Part shown: one piece after another, positions 10,491 to 23,131 of the stretch | How positions within the stretch are numbered: position 1 is the stretch's first letter | How the letters are laid out: every line of letters begins with the position of its first letter | Assembly: GCF_006345805.1 (NCBI RefSeq) | Contig: NC_042998.1 | Coordinates: forward strand, 61,566,001 to 61,630,000 | Direction: 5' to 3' | Length of the DNA: 64,000 nucleotides | DNA from: Octopus sinensis | Lineage: Eukaryota | The notes under the pieces: generated by a model | The model's database searches: none | Told to the model about the DNA's origin: nothing | The model's input: the letters and a program-made list of their open reading frames with translations, nothing else | Made by a program: the position numbers and the translations under genes

Positions 10491-13400
10491 ACGATGAATT
10501 TATCTTTATTATGATCAAGTGATCTAACATAGAATTGGGACATTACAGGACAAAACAATTACAAAAATGCTATGCGAGTTCGAATGAAATTATAAAAATT
10601 ACAAAAATAAAATTTTATGTCACTTGAACGAAAACTTGCTTACTTGCCTTGAAACGAAACCTTGGCTTACTTTTGCCTTTATCACGAGAACTTTTAGTGC
10701 GTATGTTTCTTTTTTTATTATTAATTCTTTATTTTAAACAGTTATGTACAGTGAAGGGAATGGGAGGTACCAGTTTCAATTTTGAACCCGGCAGCCTATA
10801 AATCCCAGCAGCTGATTTCCCTTTTCCTCGTGATTAAGCCGGTTACTCCTCACCCACCTTTCTCATCACATCCTTCCAACGTTCCATATACTCTTTCTGT
10901 GGCAGGCTCCTCTTCTCCAACCCCTTCTCGCTCTCAGATGATATCCGAAGTATTTTAACAAACCGGGGCTAGAGATAAAGGACCCTTTCACTAGACGTTC
11001 CAATCTAGTCTCCATACACACTCTTTCAATACTGCCACCGTACAGTAAAAACAAGCCTTACCTTCCTTTGAGAGTCCAGTTGGCGGTATCATCTTAATCA
11101 TAGATCCAGCCGACAGCTGTACTCGTCCCAGATGCGACAACACGTGTTCCACGTAACTTATCAAGCCTGGCAGCTCCCGACATTGTACAAAAGCGTGTTG
11201 ACGGTTTCATCGTCCAACCCACATCTTGGACACGTCGGTGGCACTGACATTCCGTGCCTGGATAACTCCTCGCGAACAGGTATGCATTCCTATAGCACTG
11301 CCAGGTCAGGGATTTTTGGTAATTATCCAAATACCCCGACCTGAAAGTCTTCTTAAACAGGTTGGAGAGTTGATCCTCATCGAACCCCAGAGTCCTTCCT
11401 AGGACGTCGTCATTTTTTCCCTCTACCAGCCCTTTATAGAACACCGAGGTGGTATTCCCGCTGCCGGCCTTGCCCATCTTGTGGATCAGACAGAATGCCT
11501 GTCGGCACTCCTTCTGCCATGAAGTCAGGTTACGTCCTTTAATGAGACCGGGTGTAAATCCCTCCATAGAGGCCGGTCGCGGGAAGAATTCCTCTGCCAG
11601 CGAACTCCACACCTTATCATCCTCCAGGTAACACCAGAGGTGTCTCAGCATCAACGCATGCTTGCGCATCATTAGCCAAGGCATCCCCAGTCCACCCTTT
11701 AGCGGTTCCTGGCAACACACGGAGCGTCTCACAAGTGGCTTTCCTCCTTTCCACAAAAAGCGGAAAAGGAGTCGTTCCAACTTGTTTAACCACGAATCGG
11801 GGCAAGGCACGACGGTCAGGCGGTAGGTGACGACAGAGGCTATAAACATCTGTGCCACCTCCACCCTCCCTTTCAAGGAAAGATTCCTTCCGGACCACTT
11901 CCGTACTATGGCATCCACCTTGCTCGTTACCTCGCTCCAATTCTTCTCCGTCTGGGAGTCTGGACCAAACCAGACTCCGAGCAATTTAACGGGACCATCC
12001 GTCCAGTGTCCAACAACACTGGACGGTACCGGCTTGTTCCTCCAGGTGCCGAGGCGCAAACCGATGGACTTGTCCCTGTTAACTTTTGCCCCTGCCACCG
12101 CTTCGTATCTATAGAGAGCACCTGCTACCCGAGGTAGCTGTGTTCCGTTGGACACGATGAGGGTGACGTCATCCGCATAGGCAGAAACAGACTTACCGCA
12201 TCCGATTTCATTAGGGTTGCCTCCCAACTTCTCCAGCTTCCGCAGCAACGGCTCAAGAGCCAAAACATACAGGAGCGGGAACAAGGGCACCCTTGACGAA
12301 CTGAACGCTTGATCGAAAACGGCTCCGTTAGGTAACCGTTTATCTGGACTGGATTGATGCCGCTGTACATAGCTGAGATCCACCCGCAGAAGCCAGGGCC
12401 CAGCCCAGCCGCTTCGAGACCGCCGCCAAGTACCGATGGTCTACCCTATCAAACGCTTACTTTGGTCTAAATGGACCAATGCCCCTCCTTTGCCGTCTAA
12501 TTTCCAGACCCTATCTATAGTGTAGCGGAGAAGGTGAAGATTATCCTGGATTGACCTGCCTGGGATTGCACATGTCTGTGCCTTCCCGACAAGTTTCTCC
12601 ACGACAGCCGTCACCTTTTTGCTAACACCTTGGCCAAAATCTTAAACTCTACATTAAGTAGAGTTATGGGCCTATAATTACTAATACTGTCCCCCTTGCT
12701 CGGGTCTTTCTTCTGGACAAGCGTCACAACTCCTCCCGACTCACAGAGCTGGAATCCTCCCATTCTGTTGCCAGTTTGCATAGACGCTTGCCAGTATGTC
12801 CCCGAACAAGTCCGGCATACAACAATAAATTCATAGGGCAGACCATCCAACCCTGGCGACTTTTCCCCGGCGCACTCGGCCATAACCCCTCTTACCTCTG
12901 CGGGAGAGATCGATCCTTCACAGCACTCCGCCTCACCTGCCGAGAGCCGAGGCCCACCAGCTAGGAAGTCCTTTAAGGTCTCCCCACGCTCGAGCGGACC
13001 ACCGCCCCCAAACAGCCGTGCGAAATGCTGGTGAAGGACCTTCTGCATCTCCTCCTGTCCATAGATCTTGCGGTCCTGCTCGTCATTTAAGGACATAATA
13101 CAGGACTTTTTGCCCTTTTGACTCTCCGCACGACGGGCCCATCCGGCAACGTTAATACCTTCTCGTTTTCCTGCACGTAACTTAGCTCTGACTCTACACC
13201 CCTCGTGCTTGGCGTTGAGGTGACGGTACAATACCGCTCTCGCTGCCAACACTCCGGATGCACAGCCAGATTCCATAGCCTCGTCTAAGTTCTTAACTAA
13301 TTCGCCCTCTATTCTAGTCCTATCTAAACTTAGCTGCTTGCTAAATCAAATGGACTCCAAACGGATGGCTCTTTTGAGGGCGAGCCACCATCTATTATTA

Positions 13401-15163
13401 ATGATGGTGCCACATAATGCTTTCTGTACTAATTCCTTAATCCGGGTACGGAAAGCTTCATAAGTCAAAATAGACTTGTTCATCTTCCAGTACCCGGGAC
13501 TTTGTCTATGGCATTTATCTACCTGTACCTCACACGTCACAAGTTTGTGATCCGTATAAGGCACAACAGAGAATTGTGGACAGCTAACACTATTCCTATC
13601 TCGTTCCTTAACAAATACTCTATGTACGATCTGCGTGAGCCGTCGTTATTACTCCACGTCCACTGTGGAACGTTCGGCTCATCCAGTCGAAAACGGTCTA
13701 CTAGATAAAGCTCGCTAGTAGAGCCTTGAGGCCAGGATTCCCCTTCCTATCGCTCGAGTCTACACCATCCACCCGCGCATCGAGAATGGTGTTGAAATCC
13801 CTACCAAGACTACCGTTTTGGACGTCACTAGAAAGTGCTCCAGTTCCCGAAAAAAACCGGTCTGCCCACGTCCATTAGGGGCGTAGACAGCCACCACCTG
13901 AAGGACTGCTTACTCACGTGCGTCACATCTAGGACAACCAGCCTACCTTCTGGGTCCAGAAAGACAGTACTTACCTGTAAGTCCAAGTTCTTCCTGAAAA
14001 GAACTGCCACGCCTGCACCTCCCTCCCGGCTAGGAGAAATAAATTTCCCGTAACCATTGAGAAGTGGTGAGAACGCTTGGGGTCCTTTCATCTTGGACTC
14101 GGTAACAATAGCTACATCGATTCTATGTGAAATGAGGTCGTCCCGAAAACAAGCCTGTTTCCATTTCGACCCCATTCCACACACATTTATACAACCTAAC
14201 TTAATCATCGAAAAAGAGAAAATTATTTACTCACGGTTGCGAGAGGGAGCCTGACAGATTCCTTCTGCCTGTCTCCCCCCCCCCACTCGCCGTTGCTGCT
14301 GGGCGTTTCACCGGTGTTGCCACCGGGCTCTGGGTTGGTGTGGCTGCCGGGCTGATGTATAATTTCCCAGTTGTCACCTCCTGGGTGACACCCTTAATGA
14401 AGCCGGCTTTTACGTGGTTTTGTAAGTTTTTTTCTTTCCATCCTTCTTCGCCGACCCTTGCATATCGCCACTCCGCTTCCTTCTCGGTCGCTTTGTAGCA
14501 CCTGATCTGCGTACTTGCTTGCACAAATTTTGCTACTCTCTTGTTCCTTGTGGTGTATGCAATAATTTTTTCATTGGGTTTAAACCCTTTTACAGTTGGG
14601 GGGGGGGTTGTTAAAGTGCTGGCCTATAAATGTAGTACCGCCGGGGTGGGATTGGAGAATATTTTTAATTTGTTCGTCTGCGTTGATTTTTTTTTGTTAC
14701 GGGTGGGGAGTCAGGGGTGATGGATTTTTTCCTTTTGTTCGACACGTTCGTGAATTCCATCTCCTTGTATATTTGTTTTTGTTGTATTAATTTCCTCCTC
14801 CTTTCCTTTCTCATTTTGCATTTCGTTCTTGTCTTCCTCCTTTTTGGAGTTCGACCTGTTTTTTTTTTCCTCCTTGCTTTCGCCAGTCGTTACTTTGTTC
14901 TCCACTTTGCTGCTTTCTGCGTTCTTCACAGCGTTTTGTCGGGGGTGGGGGCGTTGCTCGTATTATTTTTCATTGTGCAAACGGAGCGAACGTGGCCCTT
15001 TTGCCCGCACTTAAAACATCTGGGCCTGCGTCCTTCCACCGAAACTCGTATGGAGTGCCCCTCCCCCACGAAGACTCTGTCTGGTAGGCTTTCCAACGTC
15101 GCATTTTCCGCCTGGATAATCATCTCAAGCTGCTGGCCTCTCCAGTGTTTTGCAATTTTCCTC
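10491..15163 (-). mobile_element. Tx1/L1-clade retrotransposon copy 2 (diverged subfamily, 5'-truncated in ORF1)
   Basis: MIKLGCINVCG (14208), SAYADDVT, NYRPITLLN, RPRCFKCGQKGHVRSVC; AATAAA at 10505-10510 (minus strand); head-to-tail with copy 1. Confidence 0.9.
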
Positions 15164-15374
15164 TAATATACACTTCAGATAATGTTAACATCCAGAGAAG
15201 CAAACATGGAATTACCCAATAGTGGAATTTACTGCATGAATGACTACTCATAGAAGTTAGAGACATTAAATACTAATTGAAGCAGATAGCCATAACCTGG
15301 AGCATAACTGAGAGCTATTACAGTATCTGCCCAGATAAATATATCCCTCTAAAGCACATTACTATATATATATA

Positions 15375-15665
15375 TATATTCTGTTGTGTCTGGGAAGAGT
15401 CATTTTCTTTTTGTGCCTTATAATGTAACACACTCACAGGTAAAATTTCCACTTTTTTTCTTATTTTTATTTTGCTCTTGAACAGGTTGCAAGATGCAAC
15501 GAAAATTTTAGGAAAATAAAAATAAGAAATAAGTGGAAATTTTACCGGTGAGTGTATTAAATTATAAGGCACAAAAAGAAAATGACTCTCCCCAGATACA
15601 ACAGAATATGCTTCAACACATGAACTCATATAAAGAATCTTGCAAACCAAATCCAAAACAGAAAT
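15375..15665. mobile_element. Fold-back (palindromic) MITE-like element
   Basis: About 95-bp arms 15375-15472 and 15514-15609; a single-arm relative lies at 20063-20220. Confidence 0.7.
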
Positions 15666-16255
15666 ATATATATATTGAGAGAGAGAGTAGTAATAATAAC
15701 AATAGTCCTTGGATGAAATTTATAAACGTTTAATGGATCGAATGCTTATAAATTCTATCCTAGGATTATTGTTATTGGTATTGTATTTATCCTACATTAT
15801 ATCGGTACAATTTCAGGCAACCCCCTAAAACTGGTTCACCAGTCAGTATCATTAGACTGAGGCAGGCATAATGGGATGAGAGCTTTATTTGCATATTCAA
15901 AATGTTTCCCATTAACAAATTTAAAAGATATATATAGAGATAGAGATTTATAATAGTATAAAATACAATTATAATTAAGGGCAGAGAAGAGACCATGCCT
16001 ATGCTGAATATAGATGCTAAATCGTGAAACCACTTAAAATTATCACTTTTATATTATACATGTGTTGAAATCATGAGAGTAAGTTCACAGAATTTCATAA
16101 AATGATTAGCCTTGGCTTGATCAATTTCTGGATTAGTCTAATAATTTTTCCTCATCAGCCAGGTATACTAAGGGAAATAAATGAGATACTTATACATACC
16201 CACAGGAAAGCAAACGCAAAGCTACGATTACATACAAATACTACAAATTTGTCCG

Positions 16256-16341
16256 CATCGAATTTCGTAGTCTATTTGGTCAGAGAAATACAGATACAGT
16301 AGCACAGAGAAGTACAGACACACTAGACTATGAAATTCGAT
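16256..16341. repeat. Short inverted repeat
   Basis: catcgaatttcgtagtcta versus tagactatgaaattcgatg. Confidence 0.7.
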
Positions 16342-16477
16342 GTCAAACCACTAAGCTACAGGGAAGTAAACATACCAACATCAGTTGCCAAGCAATGGTG
16401 GTGGGGTGGACAAACAAATACATACACACACACATACACACATATATACATACATAAATATATATATATCATTATTA

Positions 16478-17880
16478 TCATCATCATTTCGCGTCTGCTT
16501 TCCCTGCTAGCATGGGTTGGACAGCTTGACTGAGGACTGGTGAGCCAGATGGCTGCACCAGGCTCCAATCTGTTCTGGCAGATTTTCTACAGCTGGATGC
16601 CCTTCCTAATGCCAACCACTCTGAGAGTGTAGTGGGTGCTTTTATGTGCCACCAGCACAAAATCCAGTCAGGCAGTACTGGCAACACTCAAATGGTGTTT
16701 TTTATGTGCCACCTGCACACGAGTCAGTACAGCAGCACTGGCAACGACCTCGCTCGGATGTTTTGTTCATGCGCTACCAGCACAAGTGTCAGTAAGGCGA
16801 CGCTGGTAACAATCACGCGCAAATGGTGCATTTTACGTGCCACCAGCACAGAAGCCAGACAGCTACTCTGGCAGTGATCCCAATCAGATGGAGCAGTTAG
16901 AGCTCCACTGGCACAGGTGTCAGTCATCGAATTTGGTTCAATTTCGATTTCCCTTGCCCCAACAGGTCTTCGCAAGCAGAGTTTAGTTTCCAATGAAAGA
17001 AGTTTGGCATGGGTGCCAGTCGTCAAATTTGCTTCGATTTCAATTCCGATTTCACTTGCCTCAACAGGTCTTCGCAAATAGAGTTTTGTGTCCAAAGGAA
17101 AGGTATGCATAAGTGGGCTGGCTACATCCCTGGTAAAGGCCATGGGTTATGGTCTCACTTGTCTTGCCGGGTCTTCTCACGCACAGCATATTTCCAAAGG
17201 TCTCGGTCACTAGTCATTGCCTCGGTGAGACCTAATGTTCGATGGTCGTGCTTCACCACCTCATCCCAGGTTTTCCTGGGTCTACCTCTTCCACAGGTTC
17301 CCTCAACCACTAGGGTGTGGCACTTTTTCACACAGCTATTCACATCCATTCTCACCACATGACCATACCAGCGCAATCGTCTCTCTTGCACACTACAACT
17401 GATGCTTTTTAGGTCCAACTTTTCTCTCAAGGCACTTACACTCTGTTGAGTATGTACACTGACATTACACATCCATTGGAGCATACTTGCTTCATTCCTT
17501 GCGAGCTTACACATATTCTCAGCAGTCACGGCCCATGTTTCACTGCAATATAGCATTGCTTTTCGTACACATGTGTCATACAGTCTATATTTTACTCTGA
17601 GTGAGAGGCCCTATGTCACTAGCAGAGGTAAGAGCTCTCTGAACTTTGCCTAGGCTATTCTTATTCTAGCAGTTACACTTTCAGCGCACCCTACTGACTT
17701 GGTCGCCTAGGTAATGGAAGCTATCAACTATTTCTAGTTTTTCTCCCTGGAATGTGGCAGAAGTTGTTCTCTGCACATTTTCAGTGTTTATTGCTCCTGA
17801 GCATCTGCCACATACAAAGACTATCTTCCTAGTTAGCCTTCCTTTGATATTGCTGCACCTCTTATGTGTCCATAGCTTAT
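16478..17880 (-). mobile_element. RTE LINE 3' portion with long 3' UTR
   Basis: MLYCSETWAV...RRLRWYGHVVRM...GRGRPRKTW (17155-17556), followed by the repetitive 3' UTR and (GAT)n tail. Confidence 0.9.
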
Positions 17881-17929
17881 TCTGGATATATCTTATAGAG
17901 AAAATATATACACACACACACACACACAC

Positions 17930-18085
17930 AATGGGGTTCTTTCAGTTTCTGTCTACCAAATCCGCTCACAAGGCTTTGGCCAGCCCAAGGCTATAGTAGA
18001 AGACACTTTCCCAAGATGCTACACAGTGGGACTGAACCCGGAACCATGTGGTTAGGAAGCAAGCTTCTTACCATACAGCCACTCC
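17930..18085 (-). mobile_element. tRNA-derived SINE family A (head ggagtggctgtgtggtaag...ggttcagtcccactg)
   Basis: A/B box-like head; further copies near 25787, 38478, 45945, 47400, 48318, 51171, 57015, 57765, 58810. Confidence 0.8.
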
Positions 18086-18157
18086 TATATATATATGTAT
18101 GTATATATATACATGTGTGTGTGTATGTATACATATGTGTGTGTGTGTGTGTATATT

Positions 18158-18194
<37 letters not shown>

Positions 18195-19586
18195 GTGTAT
18201 TTTGTGTGCGTGTGTATATATATGAAAGAGAAAGAGAGAGAGACAGAAGAGGAAGGAGAGGAGAGAGTTTATTTGTAATATTTGAAACAATCAAATGCTG
18301 AAAAAATTAAAAGTAACGGCAGAAGCCATTACTTTTATCATCCAAATATTAGCTCTCCATTATGTCTTGGTTAATAAATCACACAGTGAAAGTTTATTAA
18401 ATCTCACCTAATTACTACCTTTGCAAAATGTTCAGGTTATTTCCTTAGTTTTACAATATGCATGTGCGTGAGAGAGAGAGGAAATGTGTGTATGTGAGTG
18501 AGTGAGTGACTGAGTGTGTGTGAGTGTGTGTGTGTGTGAGTGTATGTGTGTGTGAGTGTGTGCGTGTGTGAGTGAGTGTGTGTGTGAGAGTGTGTGTATG
18601 TGAATGACTGTGTGTGAGTGTATATGTGTGTGAGTGTGTGTTGTTGTTGTTGTTAAGCAACAAGACGGCTAAGGGTGACTATGTGATGGTCTAAGGTTTA
18701 GGGGTGGGAGACCCCAGACCTTGGCAGCAAAAAAAACTTTGGTTGTCTTGTTGTAGTCGAGGACTCTTCATTGATGCCTGACGCAACTGGGAGGTGGCCC
18801 TCGATGTCGCTGGGAATGGAGGTCCAAATTCTTGAATGGCTGAGTGTGTGTGTGTGTGAGTGTGTGAGTGAGTCTGTGCATAGGTAAGGAACAGGAGTCA
18901 AGTGAAAATGTTGCCAGTCCTCAGTATGCTTTCCATTGTGTAGTTTTGTCCCTTCCAGTATCCACCTAGTGATTTCCAAATAGACGAATTTATTCTGTTA
19001 GCTATGTCACACATCTAAAATATTCCTTTCAAATTTTGATACAAGGCTGGCAATAGTGGGTGGGGGAGGGTGCAAGTCAATTACATCAAACCCAGTGCTC
19101 AACTGGTACTTATTTTATCAACCCCCAAAGCATGAAAGACAAAGTCAGCCTTGGTGGAATTTGAACTCAGAACATAAAGTTGGACAAAATGTTACTAAGC
19201 ACAAACGATTCTGCCAGCTTGCAGTCATTTTGTCATCCAAAATATTGACTCCTTGCTCATTTAAATGAAGTGCATGGAAGGGCCAAATCATCATTTTTGT
19301 CTAGCCCCAGTCAGCCCAGATTAAGCAATCTTATGATTAAAGGCTCCTCAAAACAGCTTTCACTGCTGGAAAAAATCTTTGTCGTAAAGTAGAGATTATG
19401 GCAAACTTGGAAAATTCACAGCAGACTTCAAAAATGGGAATCATTCCTCATAAAAAATGTTTTCACACATTTGACAACTTAGAATAGAATACTTAATTTC
19501 AAATAGTGACTTCGACTCTGACACACCCTAGTGTATCAATAATATGTCAGGAATATTGATAAGTTTATTATAAGGAAAAAACATCA

Positions 19587-19811
19587 TATTTGGTTGGTGC
19601 ATAATTATTGCGGCTTTTTTTCAATGAATTTTATTCAACAAAGACAATTACAACATTTAACAAAATCATCTTTAAATCATTATTCTGAAGCATATTCACC
19701 ATCTACTTCAATTTCTGCTTGGTGTTTTGTTTAAATTGGCGTTTTGTTTAAATTTTTTGTTGAATAAAATTTATCGAGAAAAAGCCGTAATAATTATGTA
19801 CCAACCTAATA
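19587..19811. mobile_element. Mariner-derived MITE
   Basis: TIRs ggttggtgcataattattgcggcttttt / aaaaagccgtaataattatgtaccaacc with TA flanks; internal transposase C-terminus IEVDGEYASE on the minus strand. Confidence 0.85.
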
Positions 19812-19984
19812 TAATTAAGTATTGTGACTCTCTGCATGTGTGGTTGTGATTTCTTTTTCTAGTCAAAAACTGCAGAGTTGAGTATAAAAACATTAATAGA
19901 AATAATACTTTGAAATGGAAGAGACATTATCCCCATATATATTGGCGCTACAATTATCATGATGTAGGCTTGAACATTCTGAAA

Positions 19985-20394
19985 CAGTGGCTCTCGACTG
20001 GGGTCTATATCACTCTAGTGGGTCTATATAAGATTTTGTTGTTAAAGTTTATCAACCATAAATTTTGTTGTGTCAGGGGAGAGTCATTTTCTTTTTGTGC
20101 CTTATAATTTAATACACTCACCTGTAAAATGTCCACTTATTTCTTATTTTTATTTTTCTAAAATTTTCGTTGTGTCGAACTCACATAAAGAATCTTGCAA
20201 ACCAAATCCAAAAACGAAATACCACAAATTTGTTATACTTCTACAATTCACAAAATATTTTGACAATTTTTATACAATTCCTAATAATATTTAATGGCAA
20301 AAATACAATAAGTTTTTTTTTTTTAAAGATCGAATGGCTACGAGTAAAACAAGAATAAAATGGGTTCATAGATGAAAAATGGTTGAGAACTACT
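19985..20394. mobile_element. hAT(Charlie)-like MITE with nested insertion at about 20063-20220
   Basis: Ends cagtggctctcgac / gttgagaactact; uninterrupted relative at about 58250-58490. Confidence 0.6.
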
Positions 20395-21332
20395 TCTTTG
20401 TAACATCAACTGGAGAAGACTAAGTGGAGATAACTCCCAAGACATATGAGAAATTGGAAAACGTCGTTAAAGGGAGACAACAAGTAAAATGGAGTGACAA
20501 GACACGGAAAATTTATAGGGAACATGGAACGTTTGAAATCCTTGAAATGAAATTTATATTTTTACAAACTAAAGATTTTGAGCTCAATACACTATCAAGT
20601 TTCCACTATTACACCCCCGAGTATCTGTGGTACATTCAGAGGCCATATTAGTTTGAAGTGACCAGAGGTACTTTCACAAACGATGTGTTTGCGTGAGATG
20701 GTGGTAGGGAGAATGATGCACTGGAAGGGGTTAGTTTTGAAGAAGATTTCTTTAGTGTGTACAGTGTGGCGTTGGATATTGACCTTTAGATTGGCCAATC
20801 ATTGTCCATACATTTTCCCAGACATTTAGTCAGCCCTTGTTTCATATGTTCTTAGTAATTTAAAGCTTTCTTTTCATAAGTGTTGAGTTACCCTGGTGGT
20901 TGAAAAATATTAGGAATGTGTATGATACAGGATGCTTGGACACCAAGGAAATATGTCCTGTGAAAAGAAAGGATAGACAAAGGATTAAGGGGACAAGTGA
21001 AGATGCAGTCAATATGAGAATAATACAGGTTATGGAACCTTCATGTTTGAAAATGGAAGAGAGGAGGATTTTGCAAAGTTAATCAAGATCTTTTTGGTAA
21101 GGGACCAAAAGAATTAGCTGCCATTTGGGATAATGTTGCAGGGGTTATGGTGCTGGTACATTGTTACGTTCTGAGTTCAAATTCTGCTGAGGTTGACTCT
21201 CATCCTTTTCGGATCAATAAAATAAGTTCTTGTTGAACACTGGGGTCGATGTAATCAGATCATCCCCACCTTCCCCAAGCTGCCCTTGTGGAAAAAATTT
21301 GAAATAATTGTTATTATCATTATTATTATAAA

Positions 21333-21546
21333 AGTGGTGAACTGGCAGAATCATTAGCATGCCAGGAAAAATGCATAGCAGTTTTTAACCCGTCTTTATG
21401 TTCTGAGTTCAAATTCCACTGCGGTTGACTTAGCCTTTCATCTTTTTGAGGTTGATGAAATAAGTACCAGTTACACACTTGGGTCAATGTAATCGATTAG
21501 TCTGCTTCCCCAAAACTTCAGGCTCTGTACATATAGTAGAAAGGAT
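21333..21546 (+). mobile_element. tRNA-derived SINE family B (ggcggcgagctggcagaa...gcctttcatcctttcggggtcgataaa)
   Basis: Copies at 21165, 26704, 27244, 44110(-), 46563, 56153; the central segment resembles a MetaSINE/Nin-type domain (from memory). Confidence 0.75.
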
Positions 21547-21562
21547 TACTATTATCATTATG

Positions 21563-22075
21563 TGAGAGAGCAGCACTTGCCATTAAAGTGACACTAGATA
21601 CAAATATATGAAACCCAATATACCCATCCTGACTACCCATCTGATAAGGGTACACAAGGTACATGAGTCACAACCATATGTGCATGACATGGTGATCTTA
21701 TATCAAGAAAAACAGTGCATGAGTAGCCCATCCCACTCAAAAGGCCTCTGAATAAAGTTTGTTTAAGAATGATGAACAAAACATCCGTGTTTCCAGAGGT
21801 GAATTATCCAAACCCCAAAGAATCCCTCTCAACACATGGCTATGATGCTCCCCCACTACTTCTGCTCGGGAACAGAGATGCACATATCATCTGCCACTAA
21901 GGGACATGCTCAACTGATTAAGCTCAAACAACCGACAAATAAATCTGTGGTATTGAGCAGAATATTTACTGCAGCCCATCTTTTATACCAGGACAAAACA
22001 ACGTACATGATGACACTTCCAATCAGTTAAGATGAGAATCCATGAGAGCCACTGCATGGTACTGCATCAGGGCAT
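21563..22075. mobile_element. About 500-bp interspersed repeat, second copy at 24445-24980
   Basis: Collinear similarity (gagagagcag...ccactaagggacatg...ggtactgcatcagg), both copies adjacent to (TTA)n. Confidence 0.8.
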
Positions 22076-22129
22076 ATATTATTCTTTTTCACAGGTTTTG
22101 TTGGAGCTCCTGGAGTCTTGCAAGCATAG

Positions 22130-22700
22130 CGGCCTTATTACCTGAAGCCTACGGTACCATGCTATTTGTTCTTATCAGCTATCTAATACTTTCCTGATAT
22201 TTCTGGCTATGCCAGGGAGGCAAACCTCTTGTAACAGTTCTACTGGGCACTCTATTCCAATTTCTTTTATATTATCCTTGATGCCTTCAGATACAGTTCA
22301 CAAGGTTCCAACAATAATTGGCAGTATTTTTACCTTCTCCATTCTCCATAGCCGGGCTATTTTGAACTTAAGGGGGTTGTATTTATCTTTCTTGACTATT
22401 CGTGGGTCGAAGGGGCATGCAACATCATCTATATGGTATATGTGGTGCACTTTGTCCACCACAACTAGGTCCAGTCTCTTATGCGCTAGCACCTGATCTG
22501 TTTGGATTGGGAAGTCTCAGAGGATTTTGCTAGTCTCAGTGTTCATACCACATCTTGCCTCTCTCTAACCCCTACTTTTTGCACTGCTTTGCTACATAGT
22601 CACCACAACTTGTAGCAGTTTTAGATATGGGCAATGGTTTCATCCACTCTATTGCAGATGCACCACAGCAGAGACACTTGCTCATTCATTAGGTTGACCC
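22130..22700 (-). mobile_element. Dong/R4-type LINE 3' fragment (RLE domain)
   Basis: HKRLDLVVVDK...IDDVACPFD...KDKY..LK..IARLW...ILPIIVGTLG. Confidence 0.75.
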
Positions 22701-22749
22701 TCCAGTTCATGGCTAGAGCTTATGATTATTATTATTATAATTATTATTG

Positions 22750-23015
22750 TGAAGTATATTTTCCACTTAAATGTGGCTAATCCTTAAGGGTGGATGCTAC
22801 TGTTGCTTGTAGCCCCAGGAAGACACCTCCAGCTGGCTATTGACACACTTTCTGTGCCCTATCAGTATTTACAAAGGGAAGCCATCCTTCCCATCTCCAA
22901 CCTGACGTGATACATATGGACCCAAGTTTCTGGAGGAGGTGTCTTCTGGGGGCTACAAGCAACAGTAGCATCTACCCTTAAGGGTTAGCCACATTCAAGT
23001 GGCAAATATACTTCA
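22750..23015. mobile_element. Fold-back copy of the hammerhead-bearing element
   Basis: Arms 22750-22832 and 22931-23015; the inversion starts right after ggacccaagtttc (minus-strand GAAAC..GTC, the 3' half of a hammerhead). Confidence 0.7.
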
Positions 23016-23067
23016 TGATATTGTGCAGCTACTGTTTATATCTCGCTCAGAGATTTATTGTTGATTA

Positions 23068-23113
<46 letters not shown>

Positions 23114-23131
23114 CATTATTATTATTTGTGC

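Noticed and set aside
17930-18085. tRNA genes
   Set aside because: tRNA-like A/B boxes belong to multi-copy SINE heads; no complete cloverleaf
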